In this document: one piece after another, positions 31,920 through 41,639 of the stretch
Layout of the letters: every line of letters starts with the position of its first letter
Numbering within the stretch: the stretch's first letter is position 1
Source of the DNA: Lutibacter sp.
GTDB taxonomy: Bacteria; Bacteroidota; Bacteroidia; Flavobacteriales; Flavobacteriaceae
NCBI GenBank assembly: GCA_018054895.1
Contig: JAGPIQ010000003.1
Span: 662-64,661 of the forward strand
DNA: 64,000 nucleotides
Direction: 5' to 3'
Notes under the pieces: generated by a model
The model's input: only the letters and a program-made list of their open reading frames with translations
Told to the model about the DNA's origin: nothing
The model's database searches: none
Position numbers and translations under genes: made by a program

Positions 31920-32216
31920 ATGACGAAAGCAGAAATCGTATCGAATATTTCAGAGAAATCTGGAATCGAAAAAGCAGATGTTTTAGCAGCTGTTGAAGCG
32001 TTTATGGAAGAGGTGAAGACATCACTAGAAAAAGGTGATAATGTTTACTTAAGAGGATTTGGAAGTTTTATAATTAAAACTAGAGCTGAAAAAACTGGTA
32101 GAAACATTTCTAAAAACACTACAATCAAAATTCCTGCTCACAACATTCCTTCATTTAAGCCTGCAAAAGTATTTGTAGAAGGTGTAAAAAACAAAGTTGC
32201 TGTAGAAGCGATATAA
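31920..32216 (+). CDS. hup: HU/IHF family DNA-binding protein
   Basis: MTKAEIV...LRGFGSF...TGRNI...IPA...P.FKP. Confidence 0.95.
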   Translation: MTKAEIVSNISEKSGIEKADVLAAVEAFMEEVKTSLEKGDNVYLRGFGSFIIKTRAEKTGRNISKNTTIKIPAHNIPSFKPAKVFVEGVKNKVAVEAI

Positions 32217-32252
32217 GCGAAAACGAATTATTAACAAAAAATAACATTTATT

Positions 32253-32345
32253 ATGCCAAGTGGTAAAAAAAGAAAGAGATCTAAAATCTCTACGCATAAA
32301 CGCAAGAAGAGAGCAAGAGCAAATAGACATAAAAAGAAAAAGTAA
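32253..32345 (+). CDS. 30S ribosomal protein bS22 (mS38/COX24-like basic peptide), not in ORF track
   Basis: Translates MPSGKKRKRSKISTHKRKKRARANRHKKKK*; located between HU and RNase E/G. Confidence 0.9.
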   Translation: MPSGKKRKRSKISTHKRKKRARANRHKKKK

Positions 32346-32367
32346 GCTAAGCTTACTTTTTTCTTTT
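32331..32367 (+). terminator. Terminator/attenuator hairpin overlapping bS22 stop
   Basis: AAAAAGTAAGC-taa-GCTTACTTTTT followed by U-rich run. Confidence 0.6.
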
Positions 32368-32480
32368 GTTTAAAAGTTCATTGAAATAAATAGTTGCTCA
32401 CGCAACTATTGTTGGGTAAAACCCTGAATAACTGAATATAAATCGATCAGCTTAAATGGCTGAACACAAAACAAATCAGA

Positions 32481-34031
32481 GTGAAAACAGAATTAATAAT
32501 TAGATCAAATTCCTCTGATATTGACTTTGCCTTATTAAAAGACGGCAAATTAACTGCGCTAAACAATGAAACCAACGACAATAAATTTTCTGTTGGCGAC
32601 ATTTTTTTAGCAAAATCGGGTAAAGTACTTTCCGGCTTAAATGCTTCATTTGTAAATGTAGGCTTTGAAAAAGATGGTTTTTTACATTACCAAGATTTAG
32701 GCGCACAATTAAAGTCTTTAAATAAATTTATAAAAGGAGTTAGCTCAGGTAAAATTAAAGATTACACTTTAAAAAATTTTCAACTAGAGAAAGACATCGA
32801 TAAAGATGGAGCTATAGTTGACGTATTAAAATCAGGTCAAAATTTATTAGTACAAATTGTAAAAGAACCTATATCTACCAAGGGTCCTCGATTGAGTTCC
32901 GAAATATCAATAGCAGGTAGATACCTTGTTTTAGTGCCTTTTTCTGACCGCGTATCTGTATCACAAAAAATTCAAGATCCGTTAGAAAAAGAACGACTAA
33001 AACGACTCATTAAAAGTATTAAGCCCAAAGGCTTTGGTGTTATTGTTAGGACAGTAGCAGAAAATAAAAAAGTTGCAGAGTTAGATAAAGATCTGCAAAA
33101 CTCTTTAGAAAGATGGGTAGTTATGTGTAAAAAAGTTAAAAGCTTAAAAACACAAGATACTCCTACCAAAGTACTTAGCGAATTGAACAGAGCCTCATCT
33201 ATTTTGAGAGACCTGTTTAATGATTCTTTTTCAAGTATTGTAACTAATGATGAAACATTATTTATTGAAATTAAAGAATACCTTCAAGAAATCGACCCAG
33301 ATAAAGAGTCGATTGTAAGTATGCACAAATCTCAACTTCCGATTTTCGAAAAATATGGAATTGAACGCCAAATAAAAACATCATTTGGCAAAACAGTTTC
33401 AATGAGCAAAGGAGCTTATTTAGTAATTGAACATACCGAAGCTTTACACGTTATAGATGTAAACAGTGGTAATCGTTCAAATAAAGCTTCTTCTCAAGCA
33501 GACACTGCCTTAGAAGTAAATTTAATTGCTGCTTCAGAAATAGCACGACAATTACAATTACGTGATATGGGTGGAATTATAGTTGTCGATTTTATAGATA
33601 TGCATACAGCTGAACATAGACAAAAGTTATATGATCACTTAAAGGCTGAAATGGAATTCGATAGAACAAAACACAAAATATTACCTCCAAGCAAATTTGG
33701 CTTGGTACAAATTACAAGACAAAGAGTTCGACCTGAACTCGTTATTAAAACTCAAGAATCAAATCCTAGTGGTTCTGGAGAAGTTGAAGCGCCTATTGTT
33801 ATTTTAGATAAAATTCAAGAGGAACTAGACAAAATTTTCATAGCAAATAGTAGTGAAAAGGTTTTACTGAATGTACATCCTTTTATTGCGGCTTATTTGC
33901 AAAAAGGTTTTCCATCTATTCAACATAAATGGTTTGCAAAATACAAAAAGTGGATTAAAATTTTACCAAGAGATGCTTTTCAATATTTAACATTTAATTT
34001 CACTAATAAAGAGGGTGAAATTGTTGGATAA
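32481..34031 (+). CDS. rng: Ribonuclease E/G family
   Basis: S1 domain, KEPISTKGPRL, VIDVNSG, LRDMGGIIVVDFIDM, QITRQR. Confidence 0.95.
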   Translation: MKTELIIRSNSSDIDFALLKDGKLTALNNETNDNKFSVGDIFLAKSGKVLSGLNASFVNVGFEKDGFLHYQDLGAQLKSLNKFIKGVSSGKIKDYTLKNFQLEKDIDKDGAIVDVLKSGQNLLVQIVKEPISTKGPRLSSEISIAGRYLVLVPFSDRVSVSQKIQDPLEKERLKRLIKSIKPKGFGVIVRTVAENKKVAELDKDLQNSLERWVVMCKKVKSLKTQDTPTKVLSELNRASSILRDLFNDSFSSIVTNDETLFIEIKEYLQEIDPDKESIVSMHKSQLPIFEKYGIERQIKTSFGKTVSMSKGAYLVIEHTEALHVIDVNSGNRSNKASSQADTALEVNLIAASEIARQLQLRDMGGIIVVDFIDMHTAEHRQKLYDHLKAEMEFDRTKHKILPPSKFGLVQITRQRVRPELVIKTQESNPSGSGEVEAPIVILDKIQEELDKIFIANSSEKVLLNVHPFIAAYLQKGFPSIQHKWFAKYKKWIKILPRDAFQYLTFNFTNKEGEIVG

Positions 34032-34047
34032 GGCACACAATATCTAT

Positions 34048-34077
34048 AAAGCCCTGAGTAATATCGGGGCTTTTTTT
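34048..34077. terminator. Intrinsic terminator
   Basis: AAAGCCCTGA-gtaata-TCGGGGCTTTTTTT. Confidence 0.85.
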
Positions 34078-36292
34078 AAAACCAATACCCAACATTAAAA
34101 TACCAAAACTTTTCGGTATGGTCCGGAGACCAGGCATAATTAATTTGAATTGGTCCTAAAAAAGTATCTAAACCATATCCAACCATATAACCAGAGTTAC
34201 TATTCTCAAATATCCTTCCCTCATTAAATAAATCATTTTCTACCCGCGAATAATTCGCAGTTGCTGAAAAATAATTTTTCGGTAAAAACTGATAACGCAT
34301 TGTTAGACTTGATTTTAAAAAAGCATTTTCATTCAGTGATGCCAAATCATACCCATAAAACGGAATTAAATTATTAATAAAATTATCTCCGTATCCTCCA
34401 ACATTGTAATCCAGTGCTCTATTGTCGTTATTTCCTAAAGTAATTCCTGCGTCTGATGTGAAATGAAATGTTAAGGTATTAAAAAATGTGTGTGCATACC
34501 CTACTTGACCTTTAATTTGTGAAAAAGGCATAAAATTTTTATTGTAATCAGAAGAAGTTAAATACCATCTAAAATCAAGATCTAAAAAAGCTCCATAATT
34601 TTGAAAATACTTCTTATCATATGTATCAATTTTAAAATAAGAAATTAAGCTAAAATAATTAGACTTATCAAAATGAAATTTTCTGGGATTTTTTGAAGGT
34701 TGAAAATTATCCGAAGAAGAAATAGTTTCTGTAAAAGCACTTAATTTTTTATGTTCCAACCCTGCTCCTAGGGCAAATTTTCTACTAAAAACTGTTTGCA
34801 CATAGGCTTGGTTTGTAAGATCTTCATACACCAAGTTAATTTTATTTACGTTAGCATCATCAAACTTTACATTGGCATTAAACCTATTATAGCGCGATTT
34901 AATACCGAAACTGGTATAAAATCCATTATCAATAAAATAATTGAAATTAAATCTTAAATTATCTCCTAAAATTAAATCTGTAGAAACAACATCATTTTTA
35001 TAAATTAAATGCTTAGATGTTAAATTTAATAAAATCCCTGTTTTATACACATTATCATAATGAACTCCCAGTTGCAAATAATTAAAAACTCTATTTTCGC
35101 TAACTTTAAATTTCAATATACTTCCTTCACTTTCCTTTTCAATTTTATATTGAATATTTTCAAAATTTCCAGTAGCAGATAAGTTATTAACGCCTTCTAA
35201 CAAACTTTCATAACTCGTTGAGTCTTGCATTTTTAAATTCAACTTACCTAAAACATATGCTCTTGTGTAATTTATATTCCCACTTATATAAATTTCTTTT
35301 ACATGAAAATTTGAACTATATTGAGTATTTGCTTTTTTAATAACACTATGATCTTGACTTTTGGCAATATCTTTTAATTTATCAAAAACCTCTCTTGATG
35401 CTCGTTCGCCTTCTTCTGTAATTTCCTTAAGTTTATCAAATGAAATTACATTAAACTTTTCCATGTTCGGTTTAATTAATAAATCAACCTCATCATGCTT
35501 ATGGTCTAAGGTTTTATACATTTGAAAGCCCACTATTTGATTTAATATTTTTACAGCTGAATCCAAATATTTCTTTTCATCCAACCCTGTTTGAATATCG
35601 ACACCTATAATAATGTCAGCTCCAAGAGCTTTTACTTCTTCTACTGGAAAATTATTTACAATACCACCATCCGTCAACAGTTTACCATCAATTTCAACTG
35701 GCGCTAATAATGTAGGAAACGAACCACTAGCCTTTACTGCTTCTGGCAAAAATCCATTTTTTAACACTTCTTGTTTTCCTGTTTCTAAATTAGTTGCTAT
35801 GCATACAAAAGGAATAGGTAATTGGTCAAATTCTTCAATATCGTCTACATGTTGCAGTAACCTAGTAAGTAAATTCAATACGCTTTGACCTTCCGAAAGT
35901 GCGGTTGGAATACCCACCATTTTATCTTTTATAGGAAGTGTTAGCGCGTATTTTTCGCCACTTTCCTTTTCATAAAATGGTTTCGATTTTCGTGGTAGTT
36001 TATCACGTAGTATTCTTTCAAAATCTACAGTATGCAAAATAGAATCTAATTGCTGCGCTTTATAACCCGATGCGTATAATGCACCAATAATAGCTCCCAT
36101 GCTAGTTCCACCAATATAGTCCACACGTACGCCAGCTTCTTCCAATACTTTTAACACAGCTACATGTGCAAAACCTTTTGCACCGCCTCCACTTAATACC
36201 AAACCTACTTTAACATCATGTTTCTTTTCAACTTCTTGAGAAAATCCAAAAGTTACCATTAATACACATGCTATTATTAGTATAATTTTCAC
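34076..36292 (-). CDS. Patatin-like phospholipase with POTRA and C-terminal beta-barrel (PlpD/type Vd-like)
   Basis: LSGGGAKG, GTSMG, DGG; C-terminal FNVGYWF beta-signal. Confidence 0.92.
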   Translation of the reverse strand: MKIILIIACVLMVTFGFSQEVEKKHDVKVGLVLSGGGAKGFAHVAVLKVLEEAGVRVDYIGGTSMGAIIGALYASGYKAQQLDSILHTVDFERILRDKLPRKSKPFYEKESGEKYALTLPIKDKMVGIPTALSEGQSVLNLLTRLLQHVDDIEEFDQLPIPFVCIATNLETGKQEVLKNGFLPEAVKASGSFPTLLAPVEIDGKLLTDGGIVNNFPVEEVKALGADIIIGVDIQTGLDEKKYLDSAVKILNQIVGFQMYKTLDHKHDEVDLLIKPNMEKFNVISFDKLKEITEEGERASREVFDKLKDIAKSQDHSVIKKANTQYSSNFHVKEIYISGNINYTRAYVLGKLNLKMQDSTSYESLLEGVNNLSATGNFENIQYKIEKESEGSILKFKVSENRVFNYLQLGVHYDNVYKTGILLNLTSKHLIYKNDVVSTDLILGDNLRFNFNYFIDNGFYTSFGIKSRYNRFNANVKFDDANVNKINLVYEDLTNQAYVQTVFSRKFALGAGLEHKKLSAFTETISSSDNFQPSKNPRKFHFDKSNYFSLISYFKIDTYDKKYFQNYGAFLDLDFRWYLTSSDYNKNFMPFSQIKGQVGYAHTFFNTLTFHFTSDAGITLGNNDNRALDYNVGGYGDNFINNLIPFYGYDLASLNENAFLKSSLTMRYQFLPKNYFSATANYSRVENDLFNEGRIFENSNSGYMVGYGLDTFLGPIQINYAWSPDHTEKFWYFNVGYWF

Positions 36293-38079
36293 TTATTTAT
36301 TGTTTTAAAATAGTTTACTAATATGGTGGCTTTACTGTTTCCAATAACAGATTCAATATCTTCAAAAGATGCTTGAGAAATACGTTTAACAGATTTAAAT
36401 TTCTTCAATAAAGATACAACAGTTTGTTTACCAATACCAGAAATTTGCTCTAATTCATTATCCAAAGCACCTTTACTTCGTTTATTTCTATGATGCGTGA
36501 TTCCAAATCTGTGCGCTTCATTTCGAAGTTGTTGAATTATTTTTAAACTCTCCGATTTTTTATCCAAATACAGCGGAATCGGATCATTTGGGTAATAAAT
36601 TTCTTCCAATCTTTTTGCAATTCCTATAATGGCAATTTTATTCCGTAAGCCAAGGATGTCCAAACTCTTTAAAGCAGACGACAATTGCCCTTTTCCACCA
36701 TCAATAACTATTAACTGCGGTAATGGTTCTTCTTCATCTAACAATCGCTTATAACGTCTAAAAACAACTTCTTCCATAGATGCAAAATCATCTGGCCCAA
36801 CAACTGTTTTTATATTGAAATTTCGATAATCCTTTTTACTTGGTTTTCCATTTTTAAAAACGACACAAGCCGCCACTGGATTGGTTCCTTGAATATTGGA
36901 GTTATCAAAACACTCAATATGTCGCGGTTCAGAACTTAACCGCAAATCTTTTTGCATTTGCGCCATAATTCTGTTTACATGACGATCTGGATCTACAATT
37001 TTCAGTTGTTTAAACTGCTCTTGTCTGTAATATTTAGCATTGCGTAAACTAAGCTCCACAATGCGTTTTTTATCACCTAATTTAGGAACGGTAACTCTTA
37101 TAGCATCACCAACTTCTACCTCAAAAGGTACGTAAATTTCTGTGGAAGTTGAATTAAATCGTTGGCGAATTTCTATAATTGTCAACTCCAATAACTCTTT
37201 ATCACTTTCATCTAATTTTTTCTTTATTTCAGTAGTATGCGATTGAATAATAGAGCCATTTGAAATTTTAAAGAAATTTATATAACCATAACTTTCATCT
37301 GAAATAATAGTAAACACATCAACATTGGTAATGGACGGATTCACAACTGTTGATTTTGCCTGATAATTAGCCAATAAATCAATCTTTTCTTTAATTTTTT
37401 GCGCTTCTTCAAACTCCATTTCATCTGCAAAACGCATCATCAAATCATGAAACGATTTTATAGCTTCCTTAAAATCACCTTTAATAATATTACGAACAGC
37501 CATAATATCACTTAAATAATTCTTTTCAGTTTGCAAATCTTCACAAGGGCCTTTGCAATTTCCTAAATGAAAATCCAAACAAACCTTATATTTTTCTATT
37601 TCAATATTTCTTTTACTTAAATCGAAGGCGCACGAACGCAACGTATATAACTCTTTAATTAAATCGAGTAAAGCTCTTACTGTTTTAACAGAAGTATAAG
37701 GGCCAAAATACTCCGAACCATCTTTTATAACATTTCTAGTTAAAAAAATACGCGGAAAACGTTCTTTTTTAATGCAAATCCAAGGATAGGTTTTATCATC
37801 CTTCAACAAAACATTATACCGAGGTTGATATTTTTTAATTAAATTATTTTCTAATAATAACGCATCCGTTTCGGTTTCTACAACAATGTGTTTTATAGTT
37901 ACAATTTTTTTAACCAACACGCGCGTTTTCCCATTTTCTTGGGTTTTATTGAAGTAAGAAGAAACTCTTTTTTTCAAATCCTTTGCCTTACCAACATATA
38001 AAATGGTGTCGTTTTTATCGTAGTATTGATAAACGCCTGGCTGATTTGGTAATGTTTTTATTTGAATTTCTAAGTCCAC
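36289..38079 (-). CDS. uvrC: Excinuclease ABC subunit C
   Basis: PGVYQY...YVGKAKDLKKRV, IECFDNS, IDGGKGQL, RNEAHRFGITHHR. Confidence 0.98.
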   Translation of the reverse strand: MDLEIQIKTLPNQPGVYQYYDKNDTILYVGKAKDLKKRVSSYFNKTQENGKTRVLVKKIVTIKHIVVETETDALLLENNLIKKYQPRYNVLLKDDKTYPWICIKKERFPRIFLTRNVIKDGSEYFGPYTSVKTVRALLDLIKELYTLRSCAFDLSKRNIEIEKYKVCLDFHLGNCKGPCEDLQTEKNYLSDIMAVRNIIKGDFKEAIKSFHDLMMRFADEMEFEEAQKIKEKIDLLANYQAKSTVVNPSITNVDVFTIISDESYGYINFFKISNGSIIQSHTTEIKKKLDESDKELLELTIIEIRQRFNSTSTEIYVPFEVEVGDAIRVTVPKLGDKKRIVELSLRNAKYYRQEQFKQLKIVDPDRHVNRIMAQMQKDLRLSSEPRHIECFDNSNIQGTNPVAACVVFKNGKPSKKDYRNFNIKTVVGPDDFASMEEVVFRRYKRLLDEEEPLPQLIVIDGGKGQLSSALKSLDILGLRNKIAIIGIAKRLEEIYYPNDPIPLYLDKKSESLKIIQQLRNEAHRFGITHHRNKRSKGALDNELEQISGIGKQTVVSLLKKFKSVKRISQASFEDIESVIGNSKATILVNYFKTINK

Positions 38080-38251
38080 GAAAAATGCAATTTTTAAAAC
38101 ACTAAAATTACTATTTTTTTAAAGAACTCTATTAGATTTAACAATCTTAACCCAATAGCGTTATTAATAATTTATTTTACTTATTTTTACATATATCGTA
38201 ATTTAAGCCATATTTAAAATATTTTTTTAAATTATTACTAACATTTACTCT

Positions 38252-39481
38252 ATGAAATACTGGAAAAAACATTCAAAAGAAAAATTAGCTAAAAAAATTG
38301 ATGCTGCATTAGCGTCCTCTGTAGACTTTGAACACAGTAAGTTTTTAGGTTATCCAGTTTCTAAATTAGATGAAAATGTGTTCAATACAACTGCTTCATT
38401 TTTAAAAGATGCGCCTTTATTAAAATCGTATATCGCCAACCCAAATAATATTGGTTGTCATACCGTAGGAAAATCGGAAGAAGCATTTAAAGGTTCGCAA
38501 GAATTGGAAAAAGAAGTAATTCAAGTATTGGCAGAAGATATTTTTAATGCGGAAGAAAACTCCTACGATGGCTATATTGCAACTGGTGGAACTGAAGCCA
38601 ATATTCAGGCGTTATGGATTTACAGAAACTTATTTAAGCGTGAACAAAATGCAACTTTAAATGAAATGGTTATTCTCTCTTCTGAAGACACGCACTATTC
38701 CGTTTATAAAGGATCTAATTTATTAAGCGTAGAAAATGTGAGTATTCCCGTAGATTTTGACACCCGTGAAATTATTGAAGAACGCTTAAATGCTATTGTT
38801 CAACAATTAATTTCAGAAGGAAAAAAGTACTTTATGGTTATTTCAAACATGGCAACCACCATATTTGGGTCGGTAGATAATCCCGACACCTATGCTGCTA
38901 TTTTGAAAAAACACAACGTTGTATTTAAAATTCATGTTGATGGTGCTTTTGGAGGTTTTATTTATCCTATTTCAAATAGAAATTCAACCATTAATTTTGA
39001 AAATCCACACGTTTCATCCATTACTATTGATGCTCACAAAATGCTACAAGCGCCATACGGAACAGGTGTTTTTTTATGTAGAAAAGGACTGATTGAAAAC
39101 GTATTAACCAAAGAAGCACAATATGTAGATGGAATGGATTTAACGTTGTCAGGTAGTAGATCTGGCGCCAATGCCATTGCGGTTTGGATGATTTTATTTA
39201 GCTACGGTTATTTTAATTGGTTCGAAAAAATAAACACACTTTTGCTACGTACCCAATGGTTTTGTGAGCAATTAGACAGTCTAAATATTGAATATTATCG
39301 GAACCCGTTTATGAATATTGTCACCCTAAAATCCCAATATGTCCCTGCTGATATTGCGCATACATACGGATTGGTTCCTGATACGCATGATGGATTTAAC
39401 AAATGGTACAAGGTTATTATGATGAGCCATGTTGAAATTGATGATTTATCTAAATTTATAAACGCGTTGAAAGGTTGCTGA
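38252..39481 (+). CDS. PLP-dependent group II amino-acid decarboxylase (MfnA/aspartate-decarboxylase-like)
   Basis: GGTEANIQAL, THYSV.K, HVDGAFGG, SITIDAHKM, GSRSG. Confidence 0.85.
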   Translation: MKYWKKHSKEKLAKKIDAALASSVDFEHSKFLGYPVSKLDENVFNTTASFLKDAPLLKSYIANPNNIGCHTVGKSEEAFKGSQELEKEVIQVLAEDIFNAEENSYDGYIATGGTEANIQALWIYRNLFKREQNATLNEMVILSSEDTHYSVYKGSNLLSVENVSIPVDFDTREIIEERLNAIVQQLISEGKKYFMVISNMATTIFGSVDNPDTYAAILKKHNVVFKIHVDGAFGGFIYPISNRNSTINFENPHVSSITIDAHKMLQAPYGTGVFLCRKGLIENVLTKEAQYVDGMDLTLSGSRSGANAIAVWMILFSYGYFNWFEKINTLLLRTQWFCEQLDSLNIEYYRNPFMNIVTLKSQYVPADIAHTYGLVPDTHDGFNKWYKVIMMSHVEIDDLSKFINALKGC

Positions 39482-39502
39482 AAAACGTATACTAATTACA
39501 CT

Positions 39503-39544
39503 AAAACTCCACGAACTGACTCGGTACTCAATTCGTGGAGTTTT
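39503..39544. terminator. Bidirectional terminator
   Basis: AAAACTCCACGAA ... TTCGTGGAGTTTT 13-bp inverted repeat between convergent genes. Confidence 0.8.
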
Positions 39545-39547
39545 GTT

Positions 39548-39901
39548 TTACAATCTTTTTAATTTTTCACCCTCTTCTACTAATCGCCAAAAACAGGTTA
39601 AATTAGAAGGTAAAAGCACTTCATCCAATTCAATATTTAGCAAATCATTTTTCAACTCAGCACATACAAAATGCATAATATCAGCACTTGTGAAAATAGT
39701 TTTGAATTCGGAACGGACTTCACTATTGTTTATAAAACACAAATTATTAGTTCCTGATGTTTTTTCTTGGTAATTTATATTGAATGAGTTAGCCATCATA
39801 TTCATAAAACTACGCTGGATTTTTAACCCAAGTAATTCCTGTTTTTCATAAAGCAACTTATCAGCTTGTGGAATAAAAATATGGTTGAGTTTTAGGATCA
39901 T
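39548..39901 (-). CDS. Small protein resembling a fragment of type ISP restriction-modification C-terminal domain
   Basis: NLCFINNSEVRSEFKTIFTSADIMHFVCA and FWRLVEEGEKLK resemble the CF.N..EVR.EF...F...DI.DYIYA / FW.LV..G..LR segments of Bacteroidota type ISP enzymes. Confidence 0.55.
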   Translation of the reverse strand: MILKLNHIFIPQADKLLYEKQELLGLKIQRSFMNMMANSFNINYQEKTSGTNNLCFINNSEVRSEFKTIFTSADIMHFVCAELKNDLLNIELDEVLLPSNLTCFWRLVEEGEKLKRL

Positions 39902-39995
39902 CTTTAATGGTTAAAACATTGCTTTTAATAAATATATGGATATTAATTTAATAATGGATATTTTTGTATAAGACAGAACATAATTCCACCAAACA

Positions 39996-40559
39996 ATGAA
40001 TGTAGTCAACCAAAAAAACGCTTTAAGAAAAGAAATGTTGAAGAAACGTGCTCTATTAAATACTTCAACTAAAGAAAAATACGACCAATGGATTTGTGAT
40101 GCTCTGTTGAAAAAAATGGAGGATTTACACTGTAAAACCATTCATTGTTACCTCCCAATGGCAACAGAGATAAACATTACTCCACTGATAGCTAAACTTT
40201 TGGAAGAAAAAATAACAGTTATCGTACCTAAAACATTACCCAATAGAAAGTTGAAAAATCTGGTGTTAAAATCTTTAAACGCTGTAGAAAAAGGTGTTTT
40301 CGGAACAACTTACCCTTCTGGAAACGAAGAATTTGAAGGTGAATTAGATTTTATCATAGTTCCAGGACTTGCCTTTGATTCCGCTATGTATCGCCTTGGT
40401 TATGGTGGTGGTTATTATGATAATTTTATGGCTAACCATCCGTTTGCTCATAAAATTGGCGCTTTTTATCCTTTTCAAGAAGTTGAAAAAGTTCCATCGG
40501 AAGACCACGATCTTCCTTTAGATGAAATTCTAGTGAATGGTGGTTTTTTGGGAGGTTAG
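39996..40559 (+). CDS. 5-formyltetrahydrofolate cyclo-ligase
   Basis: K..LRK, VPGLAFD...RLGYGGGYYD, E.HD..LD. Confidence 0.96.
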   Translation: MNVVNQKNALRKEMLKKRALLNTSTKEKYDQWICDALLKKMEDLHCKTIHCYLPMATEINITPLIAKLLEEKITVIVPKTLPNRKLKNLVLKSLNAVEKGVFGTTYPSGNEEFEGELDFIIVPGLAFDSAMYRLGYGGGYYDNFMANHPFAHKIGAFYPFQEVEKVPSEDHDLPLDEILVNGGFLGG

Positions 40560-40740
40560 AATTTTTGGAGGAATTATGATTTCAAAAATTGGTATGGTAT
40601 TGAAGTTCCTAAATTTCAGGTAATGAGTTTATGTAACCAAAGTTCATTGTTGATTTTCAATTTTTTCGTTTGTAAAAAAAATTAAATGATTATTTTATTT
40701 AACGAAAAAAAAATCAGCTATGTATTGTTATCAACTGGGT

Positions 40741-41442
40741 TTAATTCTTTTTTTCAATTTGAACTTCAATCACACTTAGTTCTAAAAGTTTTTTTAATAA
40801 ATTTAAAGTTAATCGGTAAATTTCGGCAATCTCACTAATTCCAAATACACCTGTCCGCTTAGTTAATCCTTTTTCTATTAAATCATCAATCGAATGATTG
40901 TAATTGTACTTTATTTCTAAAGCTCTAATTTCTAAGCATAATTGACTCACATCTGAAATTATTTCTTCATCTATATCCAAAGAATGATAGTTTATAATTG
41001 ACTCTAATTTTACACGAAAACTATCTAATTTTGATTTTTCCTTTTTTACAAGTTCAAACCCATCTTCTGGGCTTAAATTATTTAAAATTCCTAGTATAAG
41101 TATTTTAACTTTCAAGTGAGTTATTTCCTTGAAAACATTTAAATCTATTATACCAATAAATCTATAATTTTTTAAATCCTTTTTGTTTGTGTAAATAGAT
41201 AATTGTTCAGTGGTGATTTCTGAATCTTTAAAAGGTGATTTCTCAATAAACTCACAAAATTCCTGAATGACATATGAAATCTTAGTAACAATATATTTTT
41301 TCCTTTTTTTCTTTAATAATTTAACAGTAAAGTGAGGAATAAGTATAATTGATATTAAAATACTAAGAAGTAGAAAAATAAAACTGACTATGAAGTTCAT
41401 CCAAAATGAATTCCAATCAAAATTTATAAAAAATTGTTCCAA
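40741..41442 (-). CDS. Hypothetical protein with N-terminal TM helix
   Basis: 233-aa very AT-rich ORF with TTG start; no recognised domain. Confidence 0.7.
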   Translation of the reverse strand: MEQFFINFDWNSFWMNFIVSFIFLLLSILISIILIPHFTVKLLKKKRKKYIVTKISYVIQEFCEFIEKSPFKDSEITTEQLSIYTNKKDLKNYRFIGIIDLNVFKEITHLKVKILILGILNNLSPEDGFELVKKEKSKLDSFRVKLESIINYHSLDIDEEIISDVSQLCLEIRALEIKYNYNHSIDDLIEKGLTKRTGVFGISEIAEIYRLTLNLLKKLLELSVIEVQIEKKN

Positions 41443-41476
41443 ATTAGTTCTTTTTTAAACTTGTTGCAAACCCCTT

Positions 41477-41587
41477 TTACCCAAACAAAAAGCCCTTTAT
41501 AACTCCCCAATTAGAAAAAATAGTCCTAAAAACTAAGAAAGATATCACAAAAACAGCCAACACCAAATATATTTGTTTTTTATTCAT
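41477..41587 (-). CDS. 36-aa single-pass membrane protein, not in ORF track
   Basis: MNKKQIYLVLAVFVISFLVFRTIFSNWGVIKGFLFG*; A-rich context before ATG; CTATTTTG promoter-like motif about 25 nt upstream. Confidence 0.65.
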   Translation of the reverse strand: MNKKQIYLVLAVFVISFLVFRTIFSNWGVIKGFLFG

Positions 41588-41639
41588 TTTAATTGTTCTA
41601 AAATTTGATGCAAAATAGGATTTTTATTCAAAAACCGAC

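Noticed and set aside
39911-40141. 76-aa minus ORF
   Set aside because: Overlaps the 5-formyl-THF cyclo-ligase start in antisense
41549-41563. AAAACAGCCAACAC as an attC-like R'' site
   Set aside because: Better explained as the antisense of Val-Leu-Ala-Val codons in the 36-aa ORF
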